From Chthonomonadales bacterium (GTDB lineage: Bacteria; Armatimonadota; Chthonomonadetes; Chthonomonadales; Chthonomonadaceae), in NCBI GenBank assembly GCA_038217285.1, contig JBBQPO010000029.1, positions 1 to 32,497 on the forward strand: DNA of 32,497 nucleotides. Reading direction: 5' to 3'. The notes beneath the pieces were generated by a model. It worked only from the letters and a program-made list of their open reading frames with translations, searched no databases and was not told the DNA's origin. Shown here one piece after another: positions 1 to 10,804 of the stretch. The position numbers and the translations under genes were made by a program. How positions within the stretch are numbered: position 1 is the stretch's first letter; every line of letters starts with the position of its first letter.

Positions 1-1
1 G

Positions 2-337
2 GGGCTCTCGGTGAGCGTTTGCCATTACCCGCCTGGCACTTCCAAGTGGAACAAAATTGAGCACCGGATGTTTTGCCACATCAGTCAGAACTGGCGTGGT
101 CAACCGTTGAGCAGTCGTCTGGCTATCATTGAACTGATCGCTAAGACCACGACTACGACGGGGCTGACAGTCCGTTGCGAACTCGATACCCGGCTGTACG
201 CAAAGGCGATCAAAGTGAGCGAGGAAGAATTTGATCGCATCAACATCCAATGAGACGCCTTCCATCCTGAGTGGAATTACACCCTTCATCCGAGGTCGGA
301 ACCGGTGTGCATGGGTGAAGCGATAATTCTTGCGTGA
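2..337 (+). pseudogene. ISAzo13-family transposase, C-terminal part (5' end outside window), with an in-frame TGA at 251-253
   Basis: Frame open from nt 2: GLSVSVCHYPPGTSKWNKIEHRMFCHISQNWRGQPL is the ISAzo13 signature. After TGA(251-253) the same frame continues DAFHPEWNYTLHP, the normal conserved C-terminus, to TGA at 335-337. Confidence 0.9.
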
Positions 338-341
338 TGCC
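317..341. mobile_element. Probable right terminal inverted repeat of the ISAzo13 element
   Basis: GAAGCGATAATTCTTGCGTGATGCC directly at the transposase end, followed by TCA; 20/25 identical to the reverse complement of the MITE end at 20202-20226. Confidence 0.6.
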
Positions 342-489
342 TCAGTCATTTGACTAGACGAAACCTATCCTCGAATTCCTGCGGAACGGCGATGAACAGA
401 CGAGGGGGATGCCTGGACGACCATAATCGTGTCAATCGTCTCATCGTGGAAATCGTGGTTCAGACATGGGAAATATTCCGTATCTCTTC

Positions 490-538
490 ATTCTCGTCCG
501 CTTGCTCAAGCGACAACTAGAGCAAGCGAACGGAGAAT
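490..538 (-). terminator. Long hairpin just downstream of the haloperoxidase gene
   Basis: ATTCTCGTCCGCTTGCTC...GAGCAAGCGAACGGAGAAT imperfect inverted repeat 8 nt after the stop codon. Confidence 0.5.
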
Positions 539-546
539 TTTAGAGA

Positions 547-2007
547 TCAAAACCTCAGCGATGTTTCGTTGAAGTACCGCAGAGCTTTCTGGAAGACGAG
601 TTCGCCGACCTGTCGGCCCAGAGCACGGCCGGTCAGGTCGCCCGTCTGGAAGTGAATGCCGCCGTACCTGCGGGACATGCCCGCTTGATTCACGGCGTCC
701 GTGAAAGTGGGCCAGGCAAGCGTGACCGGTCGGGCCGGCACACCGGATTCGAAGTTGGACGATCCCGCCGCAATGGTTACCGAGTTCCCGAAGGCGTCGC
801 TGCCTGTAAATCGCCGGAGAACTTCCGCAGCGGCGGCGCTGAAGGTACTATGGCCGGACACGTATTCGGGGAACGGTGGGGTAATAAAGGTCGTCGCCTG
901 ATAGGGCGACCAACCTTTGCCGTCTATGACCTGAACTCCCCGACCCGGTCCGGCGAAACTGGGGATCTGCTGGCCCGCGTAGAGAGAGCGAATGGCGGTG
1001 ATAGGGCGCGCGGTGTTGTAGGCCCGCTTGGTATCCCAGCAGGCGATCCCCGCATCGAAGACCGCATTCGCCACCATAAAGAACAACTTCACATCGGTAT
1101 CGAGATCATGGTTATCGCGTTGCGAAATATATTGAGCGAAGAGGCACCAGTGTCCCGGCGGCAGCACGGTTCTGGGTCCATCCGCCCAGTACTCTGCGAT
1201 GACTTTCTGCCCGTCGGTCAGATTGGCGGTGAGATCCACGACCTCCTGGACTTCGGCGCGGTAGGCAGGGGAACCGAAGGCCAGCGGCGGTCCGGGGCGC
1301 AACTGAGAGCCCGATGTCAGCGCAAACGGCGTCACGCGTCCCCACTGCGCTCCGATATAGGAGGGAGAGGCGCCATTGGAGTATCGCAGTTGCTGCCACT
1401 GGCTCGGATCGACGACGTTATCGGGGGTGTTGATCGGAACATAACCGGTATAGTCGGAATAGGCTCCGGCGTGGAGGTCGCCCAGTTGATTGGCACCATC
1501 CGCATTTCGAAAGGCGACGATGGCCGCCGCGCAAGTTTTTCCTATCCCTCCCGGCGTCAGAGTATCAAGAGCCGTATTCGTAGGATCGTAGCCCAGAGCC
1601 ATCATCTGGCTATCGAACAGTGCCGATTGTGTCGGAAAAAGCGCTGTTAAAGCACGGTGGGCGGCATAACTGATCGTCTCTTGCTTGTTAGAGACGGTAT
1701 GTTCTTGCCGTGGACGGCGCAGCGAACTGCCACTCTGAGTGCCCAGCGCCGTAGGATGATACGAAGCCCAGGCATCATAGATACAGCAGTGTACGATGGC
1801 CAGCATGCGCGCAACGATAGGAGGACCAGGCTTGGCGATGGTGATGGCCTGAAGCATCGTGCTGTTCCATTGAAAAACCGCGTTGCGTGTGGCAACCCCC
1901 ATGGTGGACGCACCGCTTCCGCCGCCGCAGCCGTTCAGCCACGGCAGACTCAGCAGCGCCGCCCCGCTCCCTGCCAGACACTCTCGCCTACTCATTTTTG
2001 CTTGCAT
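547..2007 (-). CDS. Vanadium-dependent haloperoxidase / PAP2-superfamily protein, predicted Tat-exported lipoprotein
   Basis: Motifs KxxxxxxRP (WDTKRAYNTARP), PPFPEYVSGHS, SRRYGGIHF; N-terminal SRRECL twin-Arg plus lipobox LNGC; AAGGAG RBS upstream. Confidence 0.88.
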   Translation of the reverse strand: MQAKMSRRECLAGSGAALLSLPWLNGCGGGSGASTMGVATRNAVFQWNSTMLQAITIAKPGPPIVARMLAIVHCCIYDAWASYHPTALGTQSGSSLRRPRQEHTVSNKQETISYAAHRALTALFPTQSALFDSQMMALGYDPTNTALDTLTPGGIGKTCAAAIVAFRNADGANQLGDLHAGAYSDYTGYVPINTPDNVVDPSQWQQLRYSNGASPSYIGAQWGRVTPFALTSGSQLRPGPPLAFGSPAYRAEVQEVVDLTANLTDGQKVIAEYWADGPRTVLPPGHWCLFAQYISQRDNHDLDTDVKLFFMVANAVFDAGIACWDTKRAYNTARPITAIRSLYAGQQIPSFAGPGRGVQVIDGKGWSPYQATTFITPPFPEYVSGHSTFSAAAAEVLRRFTGSDAFGNSVTIAAGSSNFESGVPARPVTLAWPTFTDAVNQAGMSRRYGGIHFQTGDLTGRALGRQVGELVFQKALRYFNETSLRF

Positions 2008-2288
2008 GTCGTTGTACTCCTTTTCCAGTGCATTCGTCGTGGGATTCTGTCCATAACGGGTTCACATAGCGCTTGTGAACTGCTTGTATAACCTACAATA
2101 ATGCCATATTTCCCATTGTAGTGTAAAGAACAGGAGGGAGAATCGGTCTGGGGCACGAACAGAGGAATGGAGCGATCAAACCTCGGGCGAACGACTACTT
2201 GCCGCCACGCTCCCAGTTCCTCGCAGTACGCAGAATTCAGAAACCTTGGCCGGAGCCGCCGGGGCGGAAAAGGGAGAAGAAACGGACT

Positions 2289-3512
2289 ATGGCTACCTCT
2301 GCCAGTGAAAAGGTCGTGATCGGCGTCGTCGGTGTCGCCGGACGCGGTTATGGGGCGCATATGCACACCTTCGGGGCGTTCCCCGATGTGGAGATCGGCG
2401 CGGTGTGCGATGTCGATCAGGGTCACCTCGACCGGGCTGTCGCCTTCACGGACGGCAGAGCGAAACCCTATCACGACTTCCGCAAGATGATGGAGCAGAA
2501 AGATCTCGACGCCATCATCGTCTCGCCGCCCCCGCACTGGCATCCGCTCGTCACGCTGGCCGCCCTGGAAGCGGGCAAAGACGTCCTGTGTGAGAAGCCG
2601 ATGTGTCGTTTCCCGACCGAGGGCAAACTCATGACGGACTACGCGCGGAAGTATGGACGGATCACCCAGGTCGGCACGCAGATTCACGCCACTGCCAACT
2701 ATCATAAGTGTGTAGACGTGGTGCGCTCCGGGGAACTCGGCAGGATCACGGCGGTTCGCAACTTCTGCACGATGAACGACAATTCGGAAGGTCTCGGCAA
2801 TCCCCCCGATAGCGAGCCGCCAGCCGGACTGGACTGGGACATGTGGCTCGGCCCCGCGCCCAAAGTGCCTTACAACCTCGGGCGCTTCCGCGACGGCATG
2901 CACCGTTACTTCAAAGACTATGTGGATAGCTGGCTGCACGAACTGGGTCCGCATATCGTCGATCTGCCGTTCTGGGCGCTCGATCTGGGGCATCCGACGG
3001 CGATCTCCGCTTCCGGTGGGCGCTTCGCCACCGAGAGCATGGCGGACGTGCCCGATACTCTGGAAGTGGTCTGGGAGTTTCCGGAGATGGTGATGACCTG
3101 GAGCATGGAGCAGGCGAACGCGTTCCATTTTGGTGTCGGCAATCCCGGCCCCGGACGACGGCTCGGCATCGTGTTTCAGGGCAAGCAGGGCACACTTCTC
3201 GCCAACTACGGCCTGTGCCAGGTATTCGATGCTTCGGGCAAAGAGGTGGTCGGTAAAGAGTATCCTGTCGCGGCCCCGCCTTCGCCCGGCCATGAGCGCG
3301 AGTTCATCGACAGCATTAAGTCTCGTGAGGAGTGCTCGTGCAGTTTCGCCCGGCATCTGCCCATGCACACCGCCCTCAATCTCGCTCACCTGTCACTGGA
3401 TCTGGGCCGCAAACTCCACTGGAACCCCGAAAAATGGGAGGTTACCGGAGACCTCGAGGCGACCGAGCGTCTTACGCCGCAGTACCGCGCTCCCTGGAAG
3501 CTCCCCTGCTGA
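2289..3512 (+). CDS. Gfo/Idh/MocA family NAD(P)-dependent oxidoreductase
   Basis: Rossmann VIGVVGVAGRG, AGKDVLCEKP, LDWDMWLGPAP, HIVD motifs; ATG 2289 follows GGAG and is preferred over the ORF-track start at 2199. Confidence 0.92.
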   Translation: MATSASEKVVIGVVGVAGRGYGAHMHTFGAFPDVEIGAVCDVDQGHLDRAVAFTDGRAKPYHDFRKMMEQKDLDAIIVSPPPHWHPLVTLAALEAGKDVLCEKPMCRFPTEGKLMTDYARKYGRITQVGTQIHATANYHKCVDVVRSGELGRITAVRNFCTMNDNSEGLGNPPDSEPPAGLDWDMWLGPAPKVPYNLGRFRDGMHRYFKDYVDSWLHELGPHIVDLPFWALDLGHPTAISASGGRFATESMADVPDTLEVVWEFPEMVMTWSMEQANAFHFGVGNPGPGRRLGIVFQGKQGTLLANYGLCQVFDASGKEVVGKEYPVAAPPSPGHEREFIDSIKSREECSCSFARHLPMHTALNLAHLSLDLGRKLHWNPEKWEVTGDLEATERLTPQYRAPWKLPC

Positions 3513-3535
3513 TCCTCGCTCTGCCAGGGCAAAAG

Positions 3536-3559
3536 GACCGGGCTTCCCGAGGCCCGGTC
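3536..3559. terminator. GC-rich hairpin after the oxidoreductase
   Basis: GACCGGGCTT-CCCG-AGGCCCGGTC 10-bp stem; no clear + strand U tract. Confidence 0.45.
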
Positions 3560-3659
3560 ACCAAAATAGTGCCCGTAACGTTTTGTTTATAGCGTCGTCT
3601 ATCGCTTGAAGTGTTTCCGACATAAGGCTATACACGCCGGTAGTCAGGCTAACGTGACA

Positions 3660-3688
3660 TTGACATAACGATGTACTTGTGATATAGT
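3660..3688 (+). promoter_or_regulatory. Sigma70-type promoter upstream of the prepilin-like gene
   Basis: TTGACA(3660-3665)-17 nt-TATAGT(3683-3688) with extended -10 TG at 3680-3681. Confidence 0.75.
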
Positions 3689-4104
3689 ACGCTACACGAT
3701 GTGTTAATGAGAGGCAGAAAATGTGCTTGTCCTGTCGCTATGCAGGAGCGCGATAGGTACAGCAGGCTTTCGTCTCTCGAAATGTGAGCATCGGTGCTCT
3801 GGAAATAACGGTTGCTATGTATGGATCGGAAGAACGTCGGAACCCCAATCCGACGTGGGGGCCTCCCCCACGCAAGACTTTCATCCCGTGGCATCACGGA
3901 GGACGCTGCTAGGCCACGGTCATCCTCATTTCTACCCTACCCTGACTTCTGTGGAAACGACCGCTGGCGGTACATGAGACCGTCCGGAGTACTTCCAAAC
4001 TATCGTCGCTCCTCCTGCATTTTCGTTCCAATCTGCTGGTTAAAGAGTATGGTCGCCTCTGAGAGCTTCTCTCTGCTCTATACAGGCCGCCAAGGAGAAA
4101 GATC

Positions 4105-4914
4105 TTGAATTCCAAGTCGGTGCGCACAGGTTTCACCCTCATCGAGCTGCTCGTCGTCATCGCGATTATCGCGATCCTCGCTGCTATTCTCTTCCCCGTC
4201 TTCGCCCAGGCCCGCGAAAAAGCACGCGCGATCTCCTGTATCTCCAATGAGAAGCAGATCTCACTCTCCTGGACGATGTATACCCAGGACTACGACGAAA
4301 CCGTGATTCCCTACTCTTCCACCGGTAACTCGGGGGGAATCGTTTTCCCGTGGCCTGTCATTCTTCAGCCTTACATCAAGAATTTCCAGGTGTACAAGTG
4401 CCCCGACAGCACCTACGCCATAGGCTATACCTACAACGCCAATATGGCTCGTTCGGATGGCTATAACGGCTCCGGCCCTCGCACACTGGCCGGTATTTCG
4501 CTCCCTGCCGTTTCTCCTATCTTCATCGATGGCAACGGTCTTTCCGGTCCTGCCGATCCTGCCTCCAACAATCCCCAGGGTTTGGACTGGCCCTATCCGT
4601 ATAACCAGGCGGCGGCGTTCTTCATCACCAATTCCAAGACCGCAGGAAGCCGCTTCGTCAGTAATGTGAACGACTTCACCAAGGGTTGGAGCACCGCTGC
4701 CGCTCCTACGACCGCACAGGGAACCGGCGTGACCAACCCCGGCTCCACCGCCGCTACCCGGCACTCCAGCGGTGCGAACTACTCCTTTGCCGATGGGCAT
4801 GCGAAGTTCATGTGGGCCCCCGACGCGACCCTGCCGAATAACCCCGCGCTGGCCGGCCTGAACTACATGGGCGATGGCCAGACCGGTCCCTCCGCGAACG
4901 GCACCGCGCTCTAA
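4105..4914 (+). CDS. Prepilin-type N-terminal cleavage/methylation protein with H-X9-DG motif (DUF1559-like)
   Basis: [34 protein letters not shown]-terminus, [25 protein letters not shown] start after AAGGAG. Confidence 0.93.
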   Translation: MNSKSVRTGFTLIELLVVIAIIAILAAILFPVFAQAREKARAISCISNEKQISLSWTMYTQDYDETVIPYSSTGNSGGIVFPWPVILQPYIKNFQVYKCPDSTYAIGYTYNANMARSDGYNGSGPRTLAGISLPAVSPIFIDGNGLSGPADPASNNPQGLDWPYPYNQAAAFFITNSKTAGSRFVSNVNDFTKGWSTAAAPTTAQGTGVTNPGSTAATRHSSGANYSFADGHAKFMWAPDATLPNNPALAGLNYMGDGQTGPSANGTAL

Positions 4915-4945
4915 GCCGATCTCGTTCCTCTTACGACCCCACCAG

Positions 4946-5018
4946 GGGAGGCGGGGGCAGCGCTGCTGCTCCCGCCTTCCTTATTATGGGGGCGGCAGGT
5001 TTCCCGCCCGCCTTTTTT
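4946..5018 (+). terminator. Tandem hairpins / intrinsic terminator after the prepilin-like gene
   Basis: 16-bp stem at 4946-4980 (loop GCT), then a second GC hairpin ending in TTTTTT near 5013-5018. Confidence 0.7.
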
Positions 5019-5050
5019 CTCTCCTCTCGAATGGCGACGGCTGCGCTTTG

Positions 5051-5059
5051 TGGTATAAT
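5051..5059 (+). promoter_or_regulatory. Extended -10 promoter for typA
   Basis: TGgTATAAT about 130 nt upstream of the typA ATG; -35 weak. Confidence 0.6.
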
Positions 5060-5189
5060 GAAACTGGTTTTCGCAGGAGTAATCGCAATCCATGCGACGC
5101 GGCGAGCGGTTGCCGCGCCTTTTTTGTGTTTGCGTTCCCACTGCGCCTCCTGCGACGCGGGGCCGGGAACGAGAGAAATCAAGGAACTT

Positions 5190-7028
<1,839 letters not shown>

Positions 7029-7048
7029 GCCCCCTGTTCCCTTAACGG

Positions 7049-7127
7049 AGTCCTCTCTTTCCCTGTGGGATAGAGAGGACTGGCTGCACACAAACCTGAA
7101 GCCCTCTCGCCGATCCGGAGAGAGGGC
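7049..7127 (+). terminator. Two hairpins downstream of typA
   Basis: AGTCCTCTCT..AGAGAGGACT (7049-7081) and GCCCTCTC..GAGAGGGC (7101-7127); no strong U tract. Confidence 0.45.
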
Positions 7128-7187
7128 GCATTCCTGAGACGAAGCGAAGTTACGTGCCTGGCTCTACTTTCACGGCATAAAATCACG

Positions 7188-8507
7188 ATGGCAAACACAA
7201 ATACGACGCCCTCCGCCGCACCGCCCGACTGGTGGCAGCGGGAAAAACAGCGACGCATGAACCGGGTTCTGATCTTCCTGATTCTGCTGATAGCGCTCAT
7301 CGCCCTGTACTACCGCATGTCCTCCCTGGGCAACGTCGGGCAGGTCGGCGGCCTCACCTTCGATACGGCGGACCATATCGCTTTTGTTCGTACGGACGAC
7401 AAGGGTAATACAACGCTCTATGCCGTGCGCACCGACGGAACCGACCTGCGGCCGTTGACTCCGGCCGAGGATGTCTCCAAAAAGGAGCACCCCGTCTGGA
7501 CGCGCGATGGCAAGAGCCTGCTCTATGCCTCCAATCTGCGGGACAACAAGATCACGCAGATCTACATTCTCGGCTCCGACACCCCGAAACAACTTACCTA
7601 CGGCACGGGCAACAAGTCTGCTCCCGCTGTCAGCAATGACGGCAAGACCGCAGCGTTTATCGTACAGGGAGCGGTCAAGATCGTCAACCTGAACGGGACA
7701 GAGGTGTCGCAGCTTATGCCGCTCCCCTCCGGTTCCAAATCCGGCGGAGAGGAGACGGGCCCGACGTCGATGGACCCGGAAGGTCCCTTTTTAAGCGCGG
7801 AATTTTCCCCAGATGGCATCGGTATCTGCGGAACCCAGAATGTGAGTGGGCAGTTGCATGCCACGCTTCCGGGCGTACCGTCGATCGACGAGATGGTGAT
7901 GGCGGTTCCGCCCGGCAGCAGCAAAATGGTTGCCCTCGACAAAGGTCACGAAACCAGTTTCTCCTGGGAGCCCAATGGCAGCCGTCTTGCGTGCTCCTAT
8001 ACCGAACTGGAAGCCACGGACGCGAAGGGCAAGACGCAGGTCATCAGCGGCATTCGTCTGTGGAGTTTTAAAAATCCGAACAAGCCGGAGCCGGTCAATC
8101 TGTTCGCGGGCCTCGGTTTTAGCGTGGAGCCCAGGCATATCGCATGGTCGCCGGACGGCAGCAAAATGGCGTTCGAAACCTGGCGGTTGAAGGCCGAGGG
8201 CGTTCGAGAGATGCGGGGTATCGTGGTCATGGATACGACCCTGGACAGCTCTCGTCCGCAGGGTATCGTCGTCACGCCTGCGGTCGTCGATTCGATGCGT
8301 TACATGGTGCCAGCTGGGCCGGAAGGCTTGCCTCAGAACCCCCGTTGGGCGCCGGACGGCGGGCGTCTGCTCTATGAGTTGCAGCGTCCCGACGGCAAGC
8401 ACGATCTCTGGGTCATCAACTCCGATGGCACGAACAAGATCAATCTCACCAAGGGACAGGGCGACAATACCGATGGCGTCTGGTCGCCCGTCAGTCATAA
8501 GCCCTGA
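7188..8507 (+). CDS. Membrane-anchored TolB-like (PD40/WD40-like beta-propeller) protein
   Basis: N-terminal TM (VLIFLILLIALIALYY); repeated P-x-W-S/T/A-PDG motifs (PVWTRDG, IAWSPDG, PRWAPDG), LWVINSDGT. Confidence 0.82.
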   Translation: MANTNTTPSAAPPDWWQREKQRRMNRVLIFLILLIALIALYYRMSSLGNVGQVGGLTFDTADHIAFVRTDDKGNTTLYAVRTDGTDLRPLTPAEDVSKKEHPVWTRDGKSLLYASNLRDNKITQIYILGSDTPKQLTYGTGNKSAPAVSNDGKTAAFIVQGAVKIVNLNGTEVSQLMPLPSGSKSGGEETGPTSMDPEGPFLSAEFSPDGIGICGTQNVSGQLHATLPGVPSIDEMVMAVPPGSSKMVALDKGHETSFSWEPNGSRLACSYTELEATDAKGKTQVISGIRLWSFKNPNKPEPVNLFAGLGFSVEPRHIAWSPDGSKMAFETWRLKAEGVREMRGIVVMDTTLDSSRPQGIVVTPAVVDSMRYMVPAGPEGLPQNPRWAPDGGRLLYELQRPDGKHDLWVINSDGTNKINLTKGQGDNTDGVWSPVSHKP

Positions 8508-8555
8508 ATGGCCCTGTCTCCGGGGCCAAAACCTCAATGAAAGGAGGCCCCGACG

Positions 8556-9956
8556 ATGCCGAGTTCCGCACCGCCTCGCCTGCGTACGCGCCTGCTCCGT
8601 TCGCGCCTCCTCATGCTTTTTGCCATACTCGGCCCCGGCATCATCGCCGCCAATGCGGACAACGACGCTAGCGGCATCTATGGCTACTCCCTGGCAGGTG
8701 CGCAGTACGGCTCGGCCATGCTCTGGGTGCTGGTGCTGGTGACGATCAGTCTGGGCGTCTGCCAGGAGATGGGCGCGCGGATGGGGGTGGTCACCGGCAA
8801 GGGACTGGCCGATCTTATCCGGGAAGAGTACGGCGTCAAGGTGACCTTCTTCGCGATGGGCGTTCTGCTGATCGCCAACTTCGCCACCACCGTTTCCGAG
8901 TTCGCCGGGATCACCGCCGCTGTGCAGATCTTCGCGCCGACGGTATCGCGCTATCTGGCCGTGCACCTGTTCGCGCACCTGGTCGGTCATCCTCCGGAGA
9001 TCATGCTTTCGGCGGAGTGGGCGCAGACGGTCGCGCGCTGGATCGTCGTGCCGCTCACGGCAGGCGGCATCTGGATGCTGGTCACGCGCAGCAACTACAA
9101 GCGTGTCGAGAAGTTCCTGCTCTACGCCTCCCTGATCTACCTCGCCTACATCGTCTCCGCTTTCAAGGCGCATCCGCACTGGGGCGACGTGCTGCGCCAG
9201 ACTCTTCTGCCCAATACCAAAGGCGTGGTGATTGATCGCCTCTATATTTTGGCGGTCATCAACGTCATTGGGACGACGATCACGCCCTGGGGTCAGTTCT
9301 ACATCCAGTCTTCCGTACGCGACAAAGGCGACCGCGTGGAGGACTATGTCCACCGCCGCGCCGACGTGCTGTTTGGGGCCTTCTTCACGAACCTGATCGC
9401 TTTTTTCATCATCGTCTGCTGCGGGGCCACGCTTTTCCGGGTCGGAATGCATTCGCAGGACATTAAGGCGATGGCGGATCGGTTCGGCGATGCCGGGCAG
9501 ATCGCGGTCGCCCTGCAGCCGGTGGCCGGCAGCCTGGCCGTCGTGCTGTTCGCGATAGGGCTGTTCAACGCCTCTTGCTTCGGAGCGATCACGGTTCCAC
9601 TCTCAACGGCCTATGCCGTCTCGGAATCGCTGGGCTCGGAGTCGGGCGTCGGCCTGCGCGCGCGGGAGGCGCCGATGTTCGTCGGAGTCTTCACGCTGCT
9701 CATCTTCACCTCGGCCTTTGCCGTGCTGCTGGTCGGCGACAAGTACCTATCGTTTCTCATCACCCTGCCCAATGTCGTCGGAGCGGCGCTGCTCCCTGTC
9801 ATCCTGATCCTCAGTCTGCGCCTGATCAACAACCCGCGTGTCATGGGCAAATATACGAATAGCCGTATCTTCAACGTCATCGCCTGGACCACGACGGTCG
9901 TTCTGATCACGCTCTCCGTGATTCTCTTCGTCTACAACGTCATGCCCGGCAAATAG
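8556..9956 (+). CDS. Nramp/SLC11 family divalent metal transporter, NRMT (Mg2+-type) motif set
   Basis: GPGIIAANADNDASGI, QEMGARMGVVTGKGL, GTTITPW; about 11 hydrophobic segments; AAGGAGG RBS. Confidence 0.9.
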   Translation: MPSSAPPRLRTRLLRSRLLMLFAILGPGIIAANADNDASGIYGYSLAGAQYGSAMLWVLVLVTISLGVCQEMGARMGVVTGKGLADLIREEYGVKVTFFAMGVLLIANFATTVSEFAGITAAVQIFAPTVSRYLAVHLFAHLVGHPPEIMLSAEWAQTVARWIVVPLTAGGIWMLVTRSNYKRVEKFLLYASLIYLAYIVSAFKAHPHWGDVLRQTLLPNTKGVVIDRLYILAVINVIGTTITPWGQFYIQSSVRDKGDRVEDYVHRRADVLFGAFFTNLIAFFIIVCCGATLFRVGMHSQDIKAMADRFGDAGQIAVALQPVAGSLAVVLFAIGLFNASCFGAITVPLSTAYAVSESLGSESGVGLRAREAPMFVGVFTLLIFTSAFAVLLVGDKYLSFLITLPNVVGAALLPVILILSLRLINNPRVMGKYTNSRIFNVIAWTTTVVLITLSVILFVYNVMPGK

Positions 9957-9981
9957 AGCAGGAGAGAGGGAATCGGACAGG

Positions 9982-10001
9982 AAATCCCCGTGAGGGGATT
10001 T
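9982..10001. terminator. Hairpin between convergent genes (possible bidirectional terminator)
   Basis: AAATCCCC-GTGA-GGGGATTT perfect 8-bp stem. Confidence 0.5.
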
Positions 10002-10061
10002 GGGATCAGCGCGGAGCGCAGTCCTATTTCGCAGGAAAAAGGCGTTTGGATCTCGTCCTGC

Positions 10062-10394
10062 TCAGAGCACCGGTTGGAGGAACGATCCGTCGGGCTGGAG
10101 GGGAAACGGCTGGACGGCGGTGACGGCATCGATATTCAATGGGCCGTATATATGGGGATAGGCTTCGCCGTTTTTCGCCTCCTCATACTTGATCTCCGGG
10201 CCGACAAGGTCGGGATCGATCACCAGGAGCAGCAGTCCCTGCTGGCCCTTGCGGTGACGTTGCGCGGTCGCAACGATCTGTTCTGGGGTCGAGCAGTGCA
10301 TAAAACCTTCCTTATCGAGGCTGTCGGCCCGGTAGGCTCCGGCAGCAAGCGCGCGTCCCCACTCTTCCGGGCGGCATAGATGTAAAAGAGGCAT
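10062..10394 (-). CDS. DUF952 family protein
   Basis: YRADSLDKEGFMHCS and YPHIYGPLN motifs; the second ATG (10394) fits AAGGAG spacing better than 10400. Confidence 0.9.
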   Translation of the reverse strand: MPLLHLCRPEEWGRALAAGAYRADSLDKEGFMHCSTPEQIVATAQRHRKGQQGLLLLVIDPDLVGPEIKYEEAKNGEAYPHIYGPLNIDAVTAVQPFPLQPDGSFLQPVL

Positions 10395-10682
10395 GGGCAT
10401 TACTCCTTGGGTGGCAGGGGATATGGACTTCTCGCTTCAGGATTCGCCACCGGCCTCATCGTCTCCTGCCGCCGGAATGAGCACAAGGAACGCAGTGTCA
10501 GCATGTTTTCAGCAGGCGGAAGCGCCACCCATGCAAGCGATAGAATGAATTCCTTCGCTAGAGCCTGCGGCTGAGTGACCGCATAATAGGAAGCCCTGCG
10601 GGCACCCCAAAGCCGTCGCTTTCTGCAAGCCATTTGACTCTGGTCCTGATGTTGCTTCGTCCGAAGGACGATCCGGCGTAGC

Positions 10683-10716
10683 CGCGTAGCGAGGGGTGAT
10701 AACCCCTTGACAACCC
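10683..10716 (+). repeat. REP-like GTAG-hairpin dispersed repeat, copy 1
   Basis: CGCGTAGCGAGGGGTGATAACCCCTTGACAACCC; identical apart from a 1-nt indel to the reverse complement of 18094-18128. Confidence 0.8.
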
Positions 10717-10804
10717 CAGAGCGGTCTTACTTTCCGAGAGTGGAGTGGTTCTGACCTCTTCTCTCCGTTTTGAAATGGAGTACAATAGGCTGGAGGAGTT
10801 TCCT

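Noticed and set aside
4986-5189. N-terminal extension of TypA
   Set aside because: Crosses a terminator and the -10 box; homology starts at 5190.
10400-10785. Small ORFs between DUF952 and hemW
   Set aside because: No motifs; they overlap the REP-like element and likely promoter DNA.
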